Virus record (IMG/VR): IMGVR_UViG_3300032323_000630
Location: 7,279 to 71,278 of that record
DNA length: 64,000 nucleotides
Origin: a virus
Strand: one strand, 5' to 3'
The notes beneath the pieces are model-generated. The model was not told where the DNA came from. It searched no databases and saw only the letters and a list, made by a program, of their open reading frames with translations. This document shows, piece by piece, positions 31,901-40,734 of this stretch. Positions within the stretch are counted from its first letter, which is position 1, and each line of letters starts with the position of its first letter. The translations under genes were made by a program, and so were the position numbers.

Positions 31901-34900
31901 AAAAGTTCTATTAACATTAATAAGATTAGGGGACAACGGTTTTCCGTCGCCTTTGAGTATCTGGTAGTCGTAGAACCCGTCAAGGATATTATCAGCTACT
32001 CCCACTGGTACGGTGATATCTAATTTCTGTGCAGCAGGACTAAGCGTGATCAACGAACCTACGGCCCAATTTTGTCTAGTCCAGAACATGAATTCTTTAC
32101 AGCTGGTCAGCCAATCCTGCGCCACTTGATTTTCAGGATCGTATCTGTCAAATTTAAATCCTTGAGATTTGAGATACTGTTCGTAGCCCAATAAGAAATC
32201 AACAACTTCCTGTACGGAAATTAATTTAGTTCCATAACTTAATTTTTTAACAGCTCTATTGAAATTTCTTCTTCTAAGTGCTTCGACTGCGCCTATCAAC
32301 GGCAGTTTAGGTAATTTTTTCCATAGGGTGTTATCAAACTCAGTAGTTGATGTATGTGTCTTCAATGCTCTATAGAACGTGTTGTTTAGTCTGCAGATCT
32401 GTCCATTATTGAATTGTTTACCTGCTTCCCAATTAATAAATGTCTCTGATACCCCGCCTACAGATATCAACGGATCCTTTTGATTAGGCGCTACGTCAGT
32501 ATAATTGAAATACGGTATTACATCGTCATAGCCTGTGATTATCCAGCCGCCTGATGTTTTTTCTACAATAACTCCGCTGTATGTTACGTTGGAAATCGGT
32601 GTGCTAACATTGAAAATTATATCATAATTTTCGGGAGGAACAAATACACTGCTGCTGACTGACTTAGGACTCTTAGAATCTAGTAGGTACCTTTGTTGTC
32701 CTTTATCAACGAATCCGCTTAATCGTGTAGTTAATCTAACATCGATGTTTTTTATTTTTCTTGTAACTTCGTCTAGAGATATGCCAATAGACTTTGCATA
32801 ATCTATAAGATAGTTTAATAAGCCAGCAGTTTGGTCGCTGCCCGCCGAAGGCATTACGATATCGTCTAGTGTGATAAAGAGGTCGGTATTTTTATGTACA
32901 GTTTGACCTAACTTGTTTAATTTAACTCTAGACCTGTCAAGACTGTCACTGATGAAATCAAACGGTTTCATCAAGCACATTGCTATAGTAATAGCGAACG
33001 GCCATTCTGAGCTGGCTCGCCAGGCGTATTCAACCGGAGCGATATCTCCGAGAACGAACGATCCTTGATTATTGATTAGTGCGAAGTCTCCAGCGAGATT
33101 TGAATCCAACGGACTTATAAGTTTCCCATCACCGTCAACTGGTATGTGTGTCATCAACGATGGGCGTTTATATCTATCGTAGATACCCTTACGATCGCCT
33201 TGGCGAATAACGCCGTCACGTAGATCTTCCCATAAAATTAAATTGTATTTTGTATAAGGTGCTGGGCCATATTCATCTTCCCACCATGCTGGCATTTCTG
33301 AGAAACCTAACATTTCCCATGGACAGCGATGTGGGCGATCTGTGTCGTAGAACCATTTATAAACTCCTCTCCAATAGCCAGGTAAGCTCTGCAGACCTGT
33401 AGGATCGGTCATGTTGGTATAGGTGTATGTAAAACTGTTTTCTGAATCAAATGTTGTATTAGCAGTATAGCTAATATTTGTGTTCTGTATCCACTTTAAA
33501 AATTCTTGATTTACCACAGCATCAAGTTGTGGCTTGGTATACAACGCATTTCCGTAATATCCGCCAATAACTTTATCAATGTTAAACAAAGACTCGTTAT
33601 ATTCTTGTTTGATATTATTGTAAATTCGATATTCTAATTCTAATAATAACTCGTCTCGGAAATCACCGTAAGCTAGTGTAATACTACCATCATGCCCTTG
33701 AATTACTGTTTTAGGTTCTAGATAAGTATCATCAACAAATTGCATAGGAGTATACTTTTTGTATAATCCGATAGCTGTTGGTGTTGTAGGAATGTAATTT
33801 GTTGCCGTTGATACATATTCTCTAATTTCAATGACGTCACCTACAGCTAAAGATTTTTTAATAATCACAAAACCAAATGTAGAATTAAACTCATAATCTT
33901 TGGTATTCAATAACTGTTGATCGTTTACGTAAACATATACAGCTCGACGACTTAATTCTGTTAATGAAAATTTTGCAGACAATGCAAACGTGTTGATCCC
34001 ATCATCCTCTACAACGTATCTGATATCAGTATGAGCTCCGCTGCCAATCATGTCGCTGTCAGCAAACACACTTTCTATAGTTTTTGTTCTGGTTAGATCT
34101 GCGATGATATCATCTACAAAATCTGCAATATTATCATTGTACTGCAATGCCGTGGCTCTATCTAAGAAATTATTTTTAAAATTAGTATATGATTTCTTAG
34201 CATATTGCAAGGCTTTAATAATATTATTCGTTTTATCACATAGAATGCTTACTGCAATTGGTGCGATGCCCGAATGGTGCATGTATCTGGTGCTGTAGGT
34301 GTTCCAAGACTTTCCAAATTCGTCTAAAGGAATATCTCGCAGGTCGTTGAGACCAGGAACAACTCCTGACCAATTAGGATTAAAATCTAAACCAGAATTT
34401 AGGTGGTCAGCTGCTTGACCTAATGTCCATTCTGCTACCGGTGCGTTGAGAGGATTTTTTTCCAGTCCCATAGGCATTTCATAATATCCAGTATCGGGTG
34501 GAGCATCAGTTACTAGTTTTATAGATACCACATCATTCACAGCAAATGTTTTTTCACTGAAAATAAATTTGTTAAAATCTCGTGTATATGGACTTTTAAA
34601 TATCCCACCGTTGAGATAAAATCTAATTTCGAAATCGCTGTCACTTGCTATTTCGTTCCAATCAATAATAGTAAGCGTGAGAGTATTAGTAGCTTCCGCT
34701 ATTCTTACACTATCAATCAATGGCATTAAATATTTTCGAGAAGTATCAATCCAGCCGTTGCCCCAACCTCCGTAGCCTCCAGAATCATCTAGAAAATAGA
34801 ACCCAGTAGCCACTCGTCGAGTTACTGTGTTAGTACCTTCTTTAAATCTAAAGGTATCAGTGTCCCAGTTAAAATGGAACAGCAAATCTCCGATGTTATT

Positions 34901-36841
34901 AATATTAAGATAGGTTAATGGGAATCCTAATTTAGAATCTACTGGACCTGTTCCAACTTTATATCCTGCAATCTCAGTGCCAGCAAATGTACTTTCTGGA
35001 TATCTGTCTGGGTCGGCAAAACTTATGCCGTCGGCATCGTATACATCAAATAAAGGTGGTTGATTTACTTTAGTCTTAGCTTGGCTCTTGACCCAGGCAG
35101 TTCCGTTAAAATGGAACATTAGCCCTGCATTTTTTGAGCCTCGACGAATTAGTACACATTCGCCTTCTGCAGAATCACTATCTGCAGTTTCTACTAAATG
35201 AATTTGTTTTTTATTATTATGTGTAATAAATTCTATTTGATAAATTTTATTATTTGTTAAGTTGTCTTGGTCGGCGACAACCAGGATTCTCGCACCTTCA
35301 AACAATGTCTCACCATCGATACTGTATCCCGCACTGCCTTCAATGCTAGACAACACATCTATAGTATAATCGTCAATATAGTCAACCGTTTGTTTTGCAA
35401 TACGCCCATGATTGAATAATTGTAGACCAGGAAGGAATTCAAAAATTGGTCTCTTGGCTCTAGCACTTTCGGAAGCTGAAAAATCTTCTCCTCGCAACTG
35501 ATGTGCATATTCTAGAACCTGCCTATGAAACCATCGATTATAACGCGACCACGGATTTAGATCAATACTATCTCTACTAACAACAATGTAATCTTGTTCT
35601 GTGGGGTATGTGCTAGCATCATCGAACGGCTCTGTATCGAATCCCGCATTATCAAAAACTATTTCTGGTACAGTTTTCGATAGTCTAGGAATAACTAAAT
35701 CGTCCCAGTTGACTACGTTAATTTTAACGCCTACGTTTTCAATTACCCAACGTCCTGTTGCATATTTTGCCGGTGTTACATTACCTTTAAATTCTACAAT
35801 TAATCCTGTGGTAAATTTAACACCGTTGCCGCTAGTGTATGTTTCTTTGCCTATGATTTCTTTTTCAACATCGATAAAAGTATTTGATTCGATGTTAGCA
35901 ATCATAATACGACCAAACCGGTCTGGCGTTATTTTACCTTGATAAAATAACACATCTGGAGCATCGTACGGAACATTGAATTCCATAAAACCATTTTCAA
36001 CACCGTTATTAGTTACACCGATGTTATAATCAAGAGCTGTTCCTGTAGATATATTTTCTATATATTCCCAATTACCATTTTCTGTAGATATAGTGCTGTC
36101 GTCACCTTGTAAAATATCAACTGTGGCTTTCCATAATTTACCATCGTAAACTGCAAATTGTCCTGCGGCATAGGCTTTGTTAGGATTGAATAGCAAGGAA
36201 CCAGTGTCATAGTTGGATCTAATCGTAAATCCCTCTTGTGGGCAATTAACTCTAAACTTATAAGTCTGACCTCTGTATAAAGTCAGTGTAGGATTATTAG
36301 TGTAGCCGTCTGGGCTTAGAATAAATGAATTTACTCCTAACTTAACACCGTATTGGCTTCCAGCGACACGAGGTTGGCCGAAGACATCAACCGGTGGTGG
36401 CCCCTCTGGTACCCAATAGCACTCGAGGAAGTTTACATATTTGTCGCAGTGCTTAGGAGGATTCCAACTGTAGTGGTCCTGCGATGTTATTAGATTATCA
36501 CGTTCGTCATTGTTGCCAAAGAATTTTAATTGATTTTTAAAATCAATAAAATCATAAAATTTTTCTACAGATCCATCGTCTTTTTTAACAACGACTCCTG
36601 GTTCTAATTGGTATCGACTTCTTAGTGTGTTGTCAGAATCTAGATAAACATCTGGGCTAAGATATGTTTTTCCGTATCTACGACCAATGTATCCTACTAA
36701 TTTTTCTAATGATCCCGGCTGAACCAACGGATCAACTACCGCAGACATAAACTTGTCATTGGTGTCTGATCTAAATATCGATGGTAACAGTTCTACTGTT
36801 TTTCTAATCGGTAAACCGCTTTTTGGAAATTTATCTGCCAT
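22979..36841 (-). CDS. Giant (4620 aa) baseplate wedge/structural protein, in the gp7 position
   Basis: Uninterrupted ORF directly after the gp6 homologue. N-terminal ELLPSIFRSD, FG-GAP-like repeats, aromatic CBM5/12-like modules, G.GY..P.V.I.G.GTGA.A repeats and EVKPYRT. Confidence 0.75.
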   Translation of the reverse strand: MADKFPKSGLPIRKTVELLPSIFRSDTNDKFMSAVVDPLVQPGSLEKLVGYIGRRYGKTYLSPDVYLDSDNTLRSRYQLEPGVVVKKDDGSVEKFYDFIDFKNQLKFFGNNDERDNLITSQDHYSWNPPKHCDKYVNFLECYWVPEGPPPVDVFGQPRVAGSQYGVKLGVNSFILSPDGYTNNPTLTLYRGQTYKFRVNCPQEGFTIRSNYDTGSLLFNPNKAYAAGQFAVYDGKLWKATVDILQGDDSTISTENGNWEYIENISTGTALDYNIGVTNNGVENGFMEFNVPYDAPDVLFYQGKITPDRFGRIMIANIESNTFIDVEKEIIGKETYTSGNGVKFTTGLIVEFKGNVTPAKYATGRWVIENVGVKINVVNWDDLVIPRLSKTVPEIVFDNAGFDTEPFDDASTYPTEQDYIVVSRDSIDLNPWSRYNRWFHRQVLEYAHQLRGEDFSASESARAKRPIFEFLPGLQLFNHGRIAKQTVDYIDDYTIDVLSSIEGSAGYSIDGETLFEGARILVVADQDNLTNNKIYQIEFITHNNKKQIHLVETADSDSAEGECVLIRRGSKNAGLMFHFNGTAWVKSQAKTKVNQPPLFDVYDADGISFADPDRYPESTFAGTEIAGYKVGTGPVDSKLGFPLTYLNINNIGDLLFHFNWDTDTFRFKEGTNTVTRRVATGFYFLDDSGGYGGWGNGWIDTSRKYLMPLIDSVRIAEATNTLTLTIIDWNEIASDSDFEIRFYLNGGIFKSPYTRDFNKFIFSEKTFAVNDVVSIKLVTDAPPDTGYYEMPMGLEKNPLNAPVAEWTLGQAADHLNSGLDFNPNWSGVVPGLNDLRDIPLDEFGKSWNTYSTRYMHHSGIAPIAVSILCDKTNNIIKALQYAKKSYTNFKNNFLDRATALQYNDNIADFVDDIIADLTRTKTIESVFADSDMIGSGAHTDIRYVVEDDGINTFALSAKFSLTELSRRAVYVYVNDQQLLNTKDYEFNSTFGFVIIKKSLAVGDVIEIREYVSTATNYIPTTPTAIGLYKKYTPMQFVDDTYLEPKTVIQGHDGSITLAYGDFRDELLLELEYRIYNNIKQEYNESLFNIDKVIGGYYGNALYTKPQLDAVVNQEFLKWIQNTNISYTANTTFDSENSFTYTYTNMTDPTGLQSLPGYWRGVYKWFYDTDRPHRCPWEMLGFSEMPAWWEDEYGPAPYTKYNLILWEDLRDGVIRQGDRKGIYDRYKRPSLMTHIPVDGDGKLISPLDSNLAGDFALINNQGSFVLGDIAPVEYAWRASSEWPFAITIAMCLMKPFDFISDSLDRSRVKLNKLGQTVHKNTDLFITLDDIVMPSAGSDQTAGLLNYLIDYAKSIGISLDEVTRKIKNIDVRLTTRLSGFVDKGQQRYLLDSKSPKSVSSSVFVPPENYDIIFNVSTPISNVTYSGVIVEKTSGGWIITGYDDVIPYFNYTDVAPNQKDPLISVGGVSETFINWEAGKQFNNGQICRLNNTFYRALKTHTSTTEFDNTLWKKLPKLPLIGAVEALRRRNFNRAVKKLSYGTKLISVQEVVDFLLGYEQYLKSQGFKFDRYDPENQVAQDWLTSCKEFMFWTRQNWAVGSLITLSPAAQKLDITVPVGVADNILDGFYDYQILKGDGKPLSPNLINVNRTFQNITVETADTEEGIYYLKLYYVLKEHVTIFDDRTVFNDILYDKTTGYRQERIKSQGFRTVDWDGDYTSPGFLFDNVNIQAWQPFTDYRLGDIVSYRSNNWTSIVNQLGVEEFNPTNWTKLDSTPEKQLVANFDYKINQFEDYYDVASAGIGENQRALARHSVGYQTREYLQNLSEDPVTQFRLYQGFIREKGTANAVTKIFNKLSRTGNAIELNEEWAFRVGRLGGLDQLKEIEISLEKDKFQINPQPMLVVNNLPNNTLDQYYRILGTDFSIQPIPFTTNINPVSLEAEPVRTAGYVKTDQIDFVVTSRDDILNIDIAAMIENDHIWVTFDNYTWSVLRYNQSPIITIRDVVKSGTAVTITLDRRHNFVIDDIVGFKEITNLEGFFRITAVGSLTITIAVSASAQDPLFDNSTIAYIYTLTPARFESYTALDFQNAAILKDGSKLWIDNNGSNSWEVIQKKKQFVSKQITEYGTTSPLSAGSKVLYIDNIKQTISSIPGSGYVMAYIETSTGLALKQIIAPPMGFESGVLGSFGRSMAVSPDNRWLIIGSPNASGIRSNYKGTFNPSATYLTDDIVVYAGKLWKSLITNAGDGSSISISSNGWAPATSIPAFTAGTAAGYTNQGMISIYEWEKQQWTLKSSFVSPRPNNDELFASDITIGQSGNTYYMAVSAVESLDGRGRVYLYTYNGTEWTHLENQNYKGIYDPVSTAYYAGEIVWYDSALWMCLEDSTYGDGSTISVESSGWQRMDPISTHNSLPTNIAIDDDGSTLGNLLETQVGILSNSQLAELIKIGDKFGTSIAMNRDASVLAVGAPFSDGQYFPNFRGNWRPDREYIEGEVVRYQNGYHRLVQRFGESLDSTTRSYNEAPDVGQPWDSVGDSTGESSGKVFIYQRSQTGIYELKQTITSGSMIDLNDIDSGITPIAAGDQFGWSIDIDYSGTTLLVTSPKADINFQNQGSAYILRTDSFASIEYRLKQKLESFEMYPNEYFGQSGSISYTGERIAIGANNSPYSLPTRFDITEGTTFDQSRTRFVDRKGYSGAVYVFEKKDDNYFLVEKLESTLSPFESFGFSVDCSQSAIAVGSPDYIAPATHGAVLAYDGPKTGIVRLFRKDSSVNSWNTLQTQNPVVDITAIRSIELYDTVNNVKIQDIDYVDNAKLKILNVAEQEIKFKTIYDPAVYTIGTDEQVVDTTTAWSERYVGELWWNLSTAKWKYYEQGDAAYRTGNWNSLAEGASIDVYEWVETLLLPNEWAAIADTNDGIAQGISGQPLYPNNTVYSVKELINPNTGLATSTLYYYWVKNKTIIPANKPSRRIAASEVSSSIENPAGSGIAFIALIDSDKFLTYNFNSILASDTAVLNIQYLKNKKQLNAIHNEYQLLTEGLADSLPTTSLEAKWIDSLIGTDIVGNVIPDPKLPAKQKYGINFRPRQGMFIDRRSILKITIDKINTFLKKEPFLDIVPYDALNDFETAPADALNLYDQAVDNQVDLITIGTARVRQAVLSVNIVDNQVDNITIVNSGFGYKKAPPVVIEGDGTGATASVTVDNQGRITSVTVINKGRKYTSATAVVRQFSVLVNADETTTGFWSIYAWDDTRKTFYRSRTQAYDTRKYQFSADWWASGYGSTSRIVKEVAYFTLIPSVEVSIGDLIRITEYGSGSWAVFEKIADTNAYFFANYKLVGRGAGTFQLSESLWNNELSGIGFDNTASFDTKLYDIDSSKELRIILDNIKNKLFIGEYAVEWNTLFFTAVRYAFAEQQYIDWAFKTSFLNATHNVGPLEQKLNYKNDNLSSFQEYIQEVKPYRTTVREYLSRYSASEPLGQATTDFDLPPTFSTAEGKIIPISKSNEEIQSYPWRWWLDNQGYGITAIEVSNAGAGYTTVPNVLISGNGTGATARAFVSNGAISGFEIVDQGTGYTKTPTITLVGGNSTTQASAIAILGDSKARTFDITVKFDRLSKQGTYIDLSQEQVFTATGFTAVFDLNYAPTRDKSKITITKDNQVVLNDEYIINLYTSTTDTYSLLKGKIIFVTVPEPGSVIKVTYEKNDSLLDAINRIEKFYEPSSGMRGKELSQLMTGIDFGGVQIQGTTFDVTGGWDALPWFTDNWDSVDAAADYYVVCDGSTTEVTLPFVPAEGQEINIYLKRAGIRIARDIDTLGPPTAPTVVLTESTQAPTAVRIDSPYFVLGDDSSTSVNPNSEMPTFIGDGVTNTISIGPYIQTNVGDILIFRPVESDGSVTITDNNLLDTYLSGGTFSATGSTATKIAPNTIDGMYAIARGTLSEEISIDGDKFISPDQVPAPEENIPGQVLDSVSIKVFNNTLSGAAPLQSRTLVSNGITKIYDIDLEILESRSLLVYVNKIKQENSADSTLNYTIDFITKQIEFATAPAAGAVIEIIAVGLGGITLLDYQEFIADGATSLFLTSANYSDTSAVLVTVNGESQDVGFTDSTGVVTTAGKTLIRFGTAPSYRDIVKIICVGSAADIDSTGLPIVRVNRQSLQFEGSTRSFDLDTFVNLSRASALSSMIVELNGTALRGVDTVYTVYDGITEDFVLGVDPEEPAGAILSQNIKVFVNDELKTVIQDYTYNGTTKTVAISSAILTEGDIVKIENDFRAQYSIVDNNLVIDPEVVMTYDDIIDVTWFSEYPSMGIVSDEYTGGRVNYYLPQAPLAASYIWVYKNGVRLTKDQDYYVSLPRSVLYLTADSTANDLIKVVVFGSDIYRLPSAFEIHKDMLNIYHFKRYSIGAVELTKDLNYYDQEITVNDGSLLGEPIVSRNVPGVITVNNERIEYNSKVGNVLSKLRRGSFGTAIAAVHSAGSAISDAGPQENVPYNETQDRQDFVSDGSSLLIGPLDFVPAQGTRATWYRSTIPTTHSACDQVEVFAAGRRLRKDPLSVYDEALGASSPTADIQLEAEFAVDGVASYIRLTAAIPAGTRISVIRRIGKVWYDRGETTASSGESLLENATPMAEFIAKRTTKLPE

Positions 36842-36842
36842 A

Positions 36843-39800
36843 TTATGTTGTCGTTACAATGCTCGCAATGGGTGCTCTAACCTCGGATGCGGTTATCGCA
36901 GAAACTATTACTATGTCGTCTACTGTGGCGCCGTTGACAAAAATTTCATCTGGGGCACTCTGTATTTCAAACAGGCTGCCAAATGATTGGCTGGTCTGTC
37001 TTGGAACTATTATTATGTTGCTGATATCAGGAGACACTTGATTTAACACGTAGGTAACTAATTCGCTGAGATAGAATCTGTCACCGAAATCCCAGTTTGC
37101 GATATCAAAAAATTCATTGATAGCAGTGACTATTCTAACTTTTAATTCGTTGTCATTGATTGCTTGGCTGGGGTTTTTAACTACTTTAAATTGAGCTTGT
37201 AATTTTGTCGCTGCTTTGGTCCCAAATAATACCTTGTATTTCACAGGATGATAAATGATATCGTCGCTGATAGCTTTAATGGTATCTAGTTTAGAACCGA
37301 AACTGATTTTCAAGCTGTCAGTGTTAGGTGATTCTGGTTCTGTATCTGAGCCACCGGTTAAGTAGGTTCTAAATGCAGAGTCATAGCTTCTGGTCAATAA
37401 GAAAATATCAACAATGTTACTTACACTAGGATCGATTCTTCTATCAACGCTGGCATTATGAACATATTGAAATTTAATTTTGTCTCGGCCAATCACTCCT
37501 TTATATGCACTTTCTAATATCAATGTATTAGTTGTTCTATCAACACGCTTAACTTGATCTTCTGCGGTATCATAAAAATATATCAATTGTCCATCATTGT
37601 AGTTGGCGATCGCAATCAGTGATTCTCTTTCAACTATTAATATTAGGTTGTCTGAATTATCTATTAATTGATACGCTTGCGAGCCAGCCTCGTCAATTAT
37701 TTCTTTAAAAAATAGATAATTTAATTGTGTATCAACTCCTACTATTTGTTCAAATGATTCAGGGTTATCTACAACACCATCGTCGTCTCGATCAGAAAAT
37801 CCTATTTTAATTTCTATAGAACTTTCATATCCGTCGTCAAATTTAATTGTATCATCGATTTCAAATGTAAAATCGTTGCCAATAGGTACTGCCGAGCCTG
37901 TGCTAGATTTATTAATTCCTAGAACTTTCACTTGATCTTTAACTACTCGTCCTAGGTTATCATTGTATTGTTTTTCATTAGAATCAAAATAAAATCTGTT
38001 TTGCTCTACGCTGCCGAATACATAATTCATTCCACGAATTCTTATCACATATTGGTCTACATCTTTTACGAATGCTAATATCCAGGATGCATCTAAATTA
38101 CTATTTGTAGTATCGCCTGACTTACCTAGACTAAAATTAGATACTAGATCTAAATTGCTGGCTGAGATTATTTTCCATGTGGATGTAGGTACATCAAATC
38201 TTAAACCAAAGTTTAATCCCTGGAATGTTTGGTTAACAATTTCTGTTTCTAGTGCTGTGGGCAAATCGTTGACAAATTTAGGAATAATTCTAGTTGCTAT
38301 CGCGCCGGTCGGCACAGGGTCGTTAAATACCACCGGTCCTAGACCTGTAGTTAGTACTCCTCTACCAGCATTAGTTCCATCGCCGACTATTCTAATAGTC
38401 TTGACCCATAATCTATCTGTCTGTTCTGAATCGTTAGCGTCAATCAATACTAGTTCACCTTTCTTAAATGCATATCCAGCAGGCGGAACAAATTTAATTA
38501 ATGCGCCAGGAGCAAGATATTTCAAGCTACTAGTGGAGTACACTCCAACTTTTAACAGAGAATTATCAACCACGTTCTTAAAATATCCTGTGGCCATATT
38601 AACGTCTGACGTAACACGTTGCCAAAGACTATTTGCATCAGTAAAAAGGATCTTATCAAATTTTGTAATGTAAAAATTGTACACATCTGTGTTAGTAAAA
38701 ATAGTTTCAACATTACGTCTAATAAAATTTAATATATCGATTCTACTGGAGAATTTAAAATTTAATTGGTTTTCTATTTGTTCTTTGTAAATAAATCCAT
38801 CGTCAGCAAATACATTTATGCTGCTGTATTTTCCGCTAGCGTCAAGTATGTCAAAATTTCTGCTAATACCGCTGGATGTTCTGTTTATAGATTTGATTTT
38901 TAAAATATCTTGAGAACTAGATAGAGGTGCAAGATTATAATCTTCACCTGTGATCATTCTATTCTGTGTGTAATACACAGCAGGAGCATTAGATCTAATC
39001 GAATCAATGTCTTCTGATGCGGCACTAGATGATACTGAATATTGCAGCGCCAACCCCACAGTTAATGTTTGTGCCTGGCCGTTTTTACTAACGTACGGGA
39101 TCGAAATATTAATTCCTCGCAGTTCTGCAGGAGAAATCGTGTAACTTAATCCGTTACTGACTCTATAATAAACACGAAATGCACCTTGGGGCAAATTGCC
39201 GTATACCCCATCAGCAAATACTAAATCAACTCTATCTTCTTCTTTGGTTTCAACAGCATAGATATTTCTAATATCTTGTGTGAGGCTGTTGTAAGCAATG
39301 TTGTTACCAATCAAACTGGAAACTCGAGTCCATTGGTCTAATTGGTTACTATTGCTGCCTAGGCTAAACAACCATAGGTCGTCATTGTTGATGTTTACGC
39401 TGTCAACCGCAACTGTTTCATTAGTTGTTGGAACATCTATAGAAAAATCTGCAAGCTCTAGGCTACCCTGTTTAAACAATAGATAGAATCCGGTGTTCTG
39501 GCTTCCTGGTCCTTTGCCGTCATTACGATATATAAATCCTAATTGATTTCCTGGTACTGGTGGCTCTTCATACACTGTGTCGCTGTCTTTGAATGCTGTA
39601 CTAACTATTTCAAAGGTCATAGCTCTCGCTGCCACTGTTTTATTAAATGTGTAAATCGGAACGTCCGCGCCGGTTGTCTTGAATCTGTACTGCTCTGTGG
39701 GAATTCCTTGTACTGTTCCAGCACCTTGGCTACGACCAAATTCTGTGTTGTCTGCCATGGCTGCATTGAGAATGGTAATAAATTGTTCTGACCAGTTGGT

Positions 39801-40247
39801 GTTGGTCGGGTCGTTCCATGACACTATTTGATTAGCTAAATTTTTACCGTTTGAATCTAATAATTCTTCTGTGGTTGTTACACTAGAAAATTTAATTAAT
39901 CCGTTAGCCGCTATGTTTCTTTTAGCATTATAGCTGAGCATGCGAGCTAGACGTAACACACTTTCTTTACGTTCAGCTAATTCAATGAAATTTTCTCTTG
40001 ATGCTAGATCAATACGGAAAGCTAGACTTTGTCCTAAGAATGCTACAGCATCAATAAGAGCCATATACTCAGACGACTCAATGTAATCATTGAAATCTTC
40101 TGGATAATTTTCTCTTAGATATGTAATAATAACCCTACGTAGATTTTCAAAGTCGTATGATTTAAAATCAGCATTCTTAAATGTCTGATAGACTCTGGTC
40201 CAATCTTCGTTGAGTATTAGGTTATTTTGTCTGCTAGTCGTTGTCAT
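36843..40247 (-). CDS. gp6: Baseplate wedge subunit (T4 gp6-like)
   Basis: YDFENLR..YL..FNDY.ESS..LID, ENFIELAE..SV.RLA.ML.Y, F.DGVYG.LP and EDIDSIR.NAP..Y.QNRMIT.EDY. Confidence 0.85.
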   Translation of the reverse strand: MTTTSRQNNLILNEDWTRVYQTFKNADFKSYDFENLRRVIITYLRENYPEDFNDYIESSEYMALIDAVAFLGQSLAFRIDLASRENFIELAERKESVLRLARMLSYNAKRNIAANGLIKFSSVTTTEELLDSNGKNLANQIVSWNDPTNTNWSEQFITILNAAMADNTEFGRSQGAGTVQGIPTEQYRFKTTGADVPIYTFNKTVAARAMTFEIVSTAFKDSDTVYEEPPVPGNQLGFIYRNDGKGPGSQNTGFYLLFKQGSLELADFSIDVPTTNETVAVDSVNINNDDLWLFSLGSNSNQLDQWTRVSSLIGNNIAYNSLTQDIRNIYAVETKEEDRVDLVFADGVYGNLPQGAFRVYYRVSNGLSYTISPAELRGINISIPYVSKNGQAQTLTVGLALQYSVSSSAASEDIDSIRSNAPAVYYTQNRMITGEDYNLAPLSSSQDILKIKSINRTSSGISRNFDILDASGKYSSINVFADDGFIYKEQIENQLNFKFSSRIDILNFIRRNVETIFTNTDVYNFYITKFDKILFTDANSLWQRVTSDVNMATGYFKNVVDNSLLKVGVYSTSSLKYLAPGALIKFVPPAGYAFKKGELVLIDANDSEQTDRLWVKTIRIVGDGTNAGRGVLTTGLGPVVFNDPVPTGAIATRIIPKFVNDLPTALETEIVNQTFQGLNFGLRFDVPTSTWKIISASNLDLVSNFSLGKSGDTTNSNLDASWILAFVKDVDQYVIRIRGMNYVFGSVEQNRFYFDSNEKQYNDNLGRVVKDQVKVLGINKSSTGSAVPIGNDFTFEIDDTIKFDDGYESSIEIKIGFSDRDDDGVVDNPESFEQIVGVDTQLNYLFFKEIIDEAGSQAYQLIDNSDNLILIVERESLIAIANYNDGQLIYFYDTAEDQVKRVDRTTNTLILESAYKGVIGRDKIKFQYVHNASVDRRIDPSVSNIVDIFLLTRSYDSAFRTYLTGGSDTEPESPNTDSLKISFGSKLDTIKAISDDIIYHPVKYKVLFGTKAATKLQAQFKVVKNPSQAINDNELKVRIVTAINEFFDIANWDFGDRFYLSELVTYVLNQVSPDISNIIIVPRQTSQSFGSLFEIQSAPDEIFVNGATVDDIVIVSAITASEVRAPIASIVTTT

Positions 40248-40264
40248 TTATAGTCCCTATATCA

Positions 40265-40271
40265 TATTTAC
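40265..40271 (-). promoter_or_regulatory. Putative late promoter GTAAATA
   Basis: TAAATA core in the gp25-gp6 gap. Confidence 0.45.
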
Positions 40272-40288
40272 CAAACAAAATAAACTGC

Positions 40289-40726
40289 TTAGTTAATGAT
40301 AGCATTATTCTTATCAAAATCAAATGTCATGCGTTCATTGATGTTGAACGGTATGTATGTTATATCTGCCTGTATACGTATTCCTATATCTGTGCTGTCG
40401 ATTAACACTTCATTTACCACGATTCTCGGATCATAGTTTATGATAGTTTCAACATCTTTGGCTATCATTTCTTTAACATCTTCGGTAAATTGTTCAAACA
40501 ACATATCCCAAATAATAGTTCCGAAATCTGGATTTTCTAATTTTTCACCTTTACGAATATAAAAATGATTGATTAAATCCTGTTTAACAAGATCAATGTC
40601 GTAGATTTTATAATTCTTAGATGCTTCTTTAGAATTAAATCCTTTGTAAGTAAATGTGCCGCCCTTATCTCCTACAGAAGCTGTGTTAGTTGCGACAGTT
40701 TTTTGATTGTATAATGTATTTGCCAT
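40289..40726 (-). CDS. gp25: Baseplate wedge subunit GPW/gp25 family
   Basis: LVKQDLINHF..RKGEKL.NPDFG..IWDMLFE and YDPRI. Confidence 0.88.
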   Translation of the reverse strand: MANTLYNQKTVATNTASVGDKGGTFTYKGFNSKEASKNYKIYDIDLVKQDLINHFYIRKGEKLENPDFGTIIWDMLFEQFTEDVKEMIAKDVETIINYDPRIVVNEVLIDSTDIGIRIQADITYIPFNINERMTFDFDKNNAIIN

Positions 40727-40734
40727 AATATCTC

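Noticed and set aside
36400-36470. Odd-looking stretch NPPKHCDKYVNFLECYW in the giant protein
   Set aside because: It looks divergent from what I recall of similar proteins and could be a low-quality consensus, but I cannot verify this without alignments or reads. The frame is intact.
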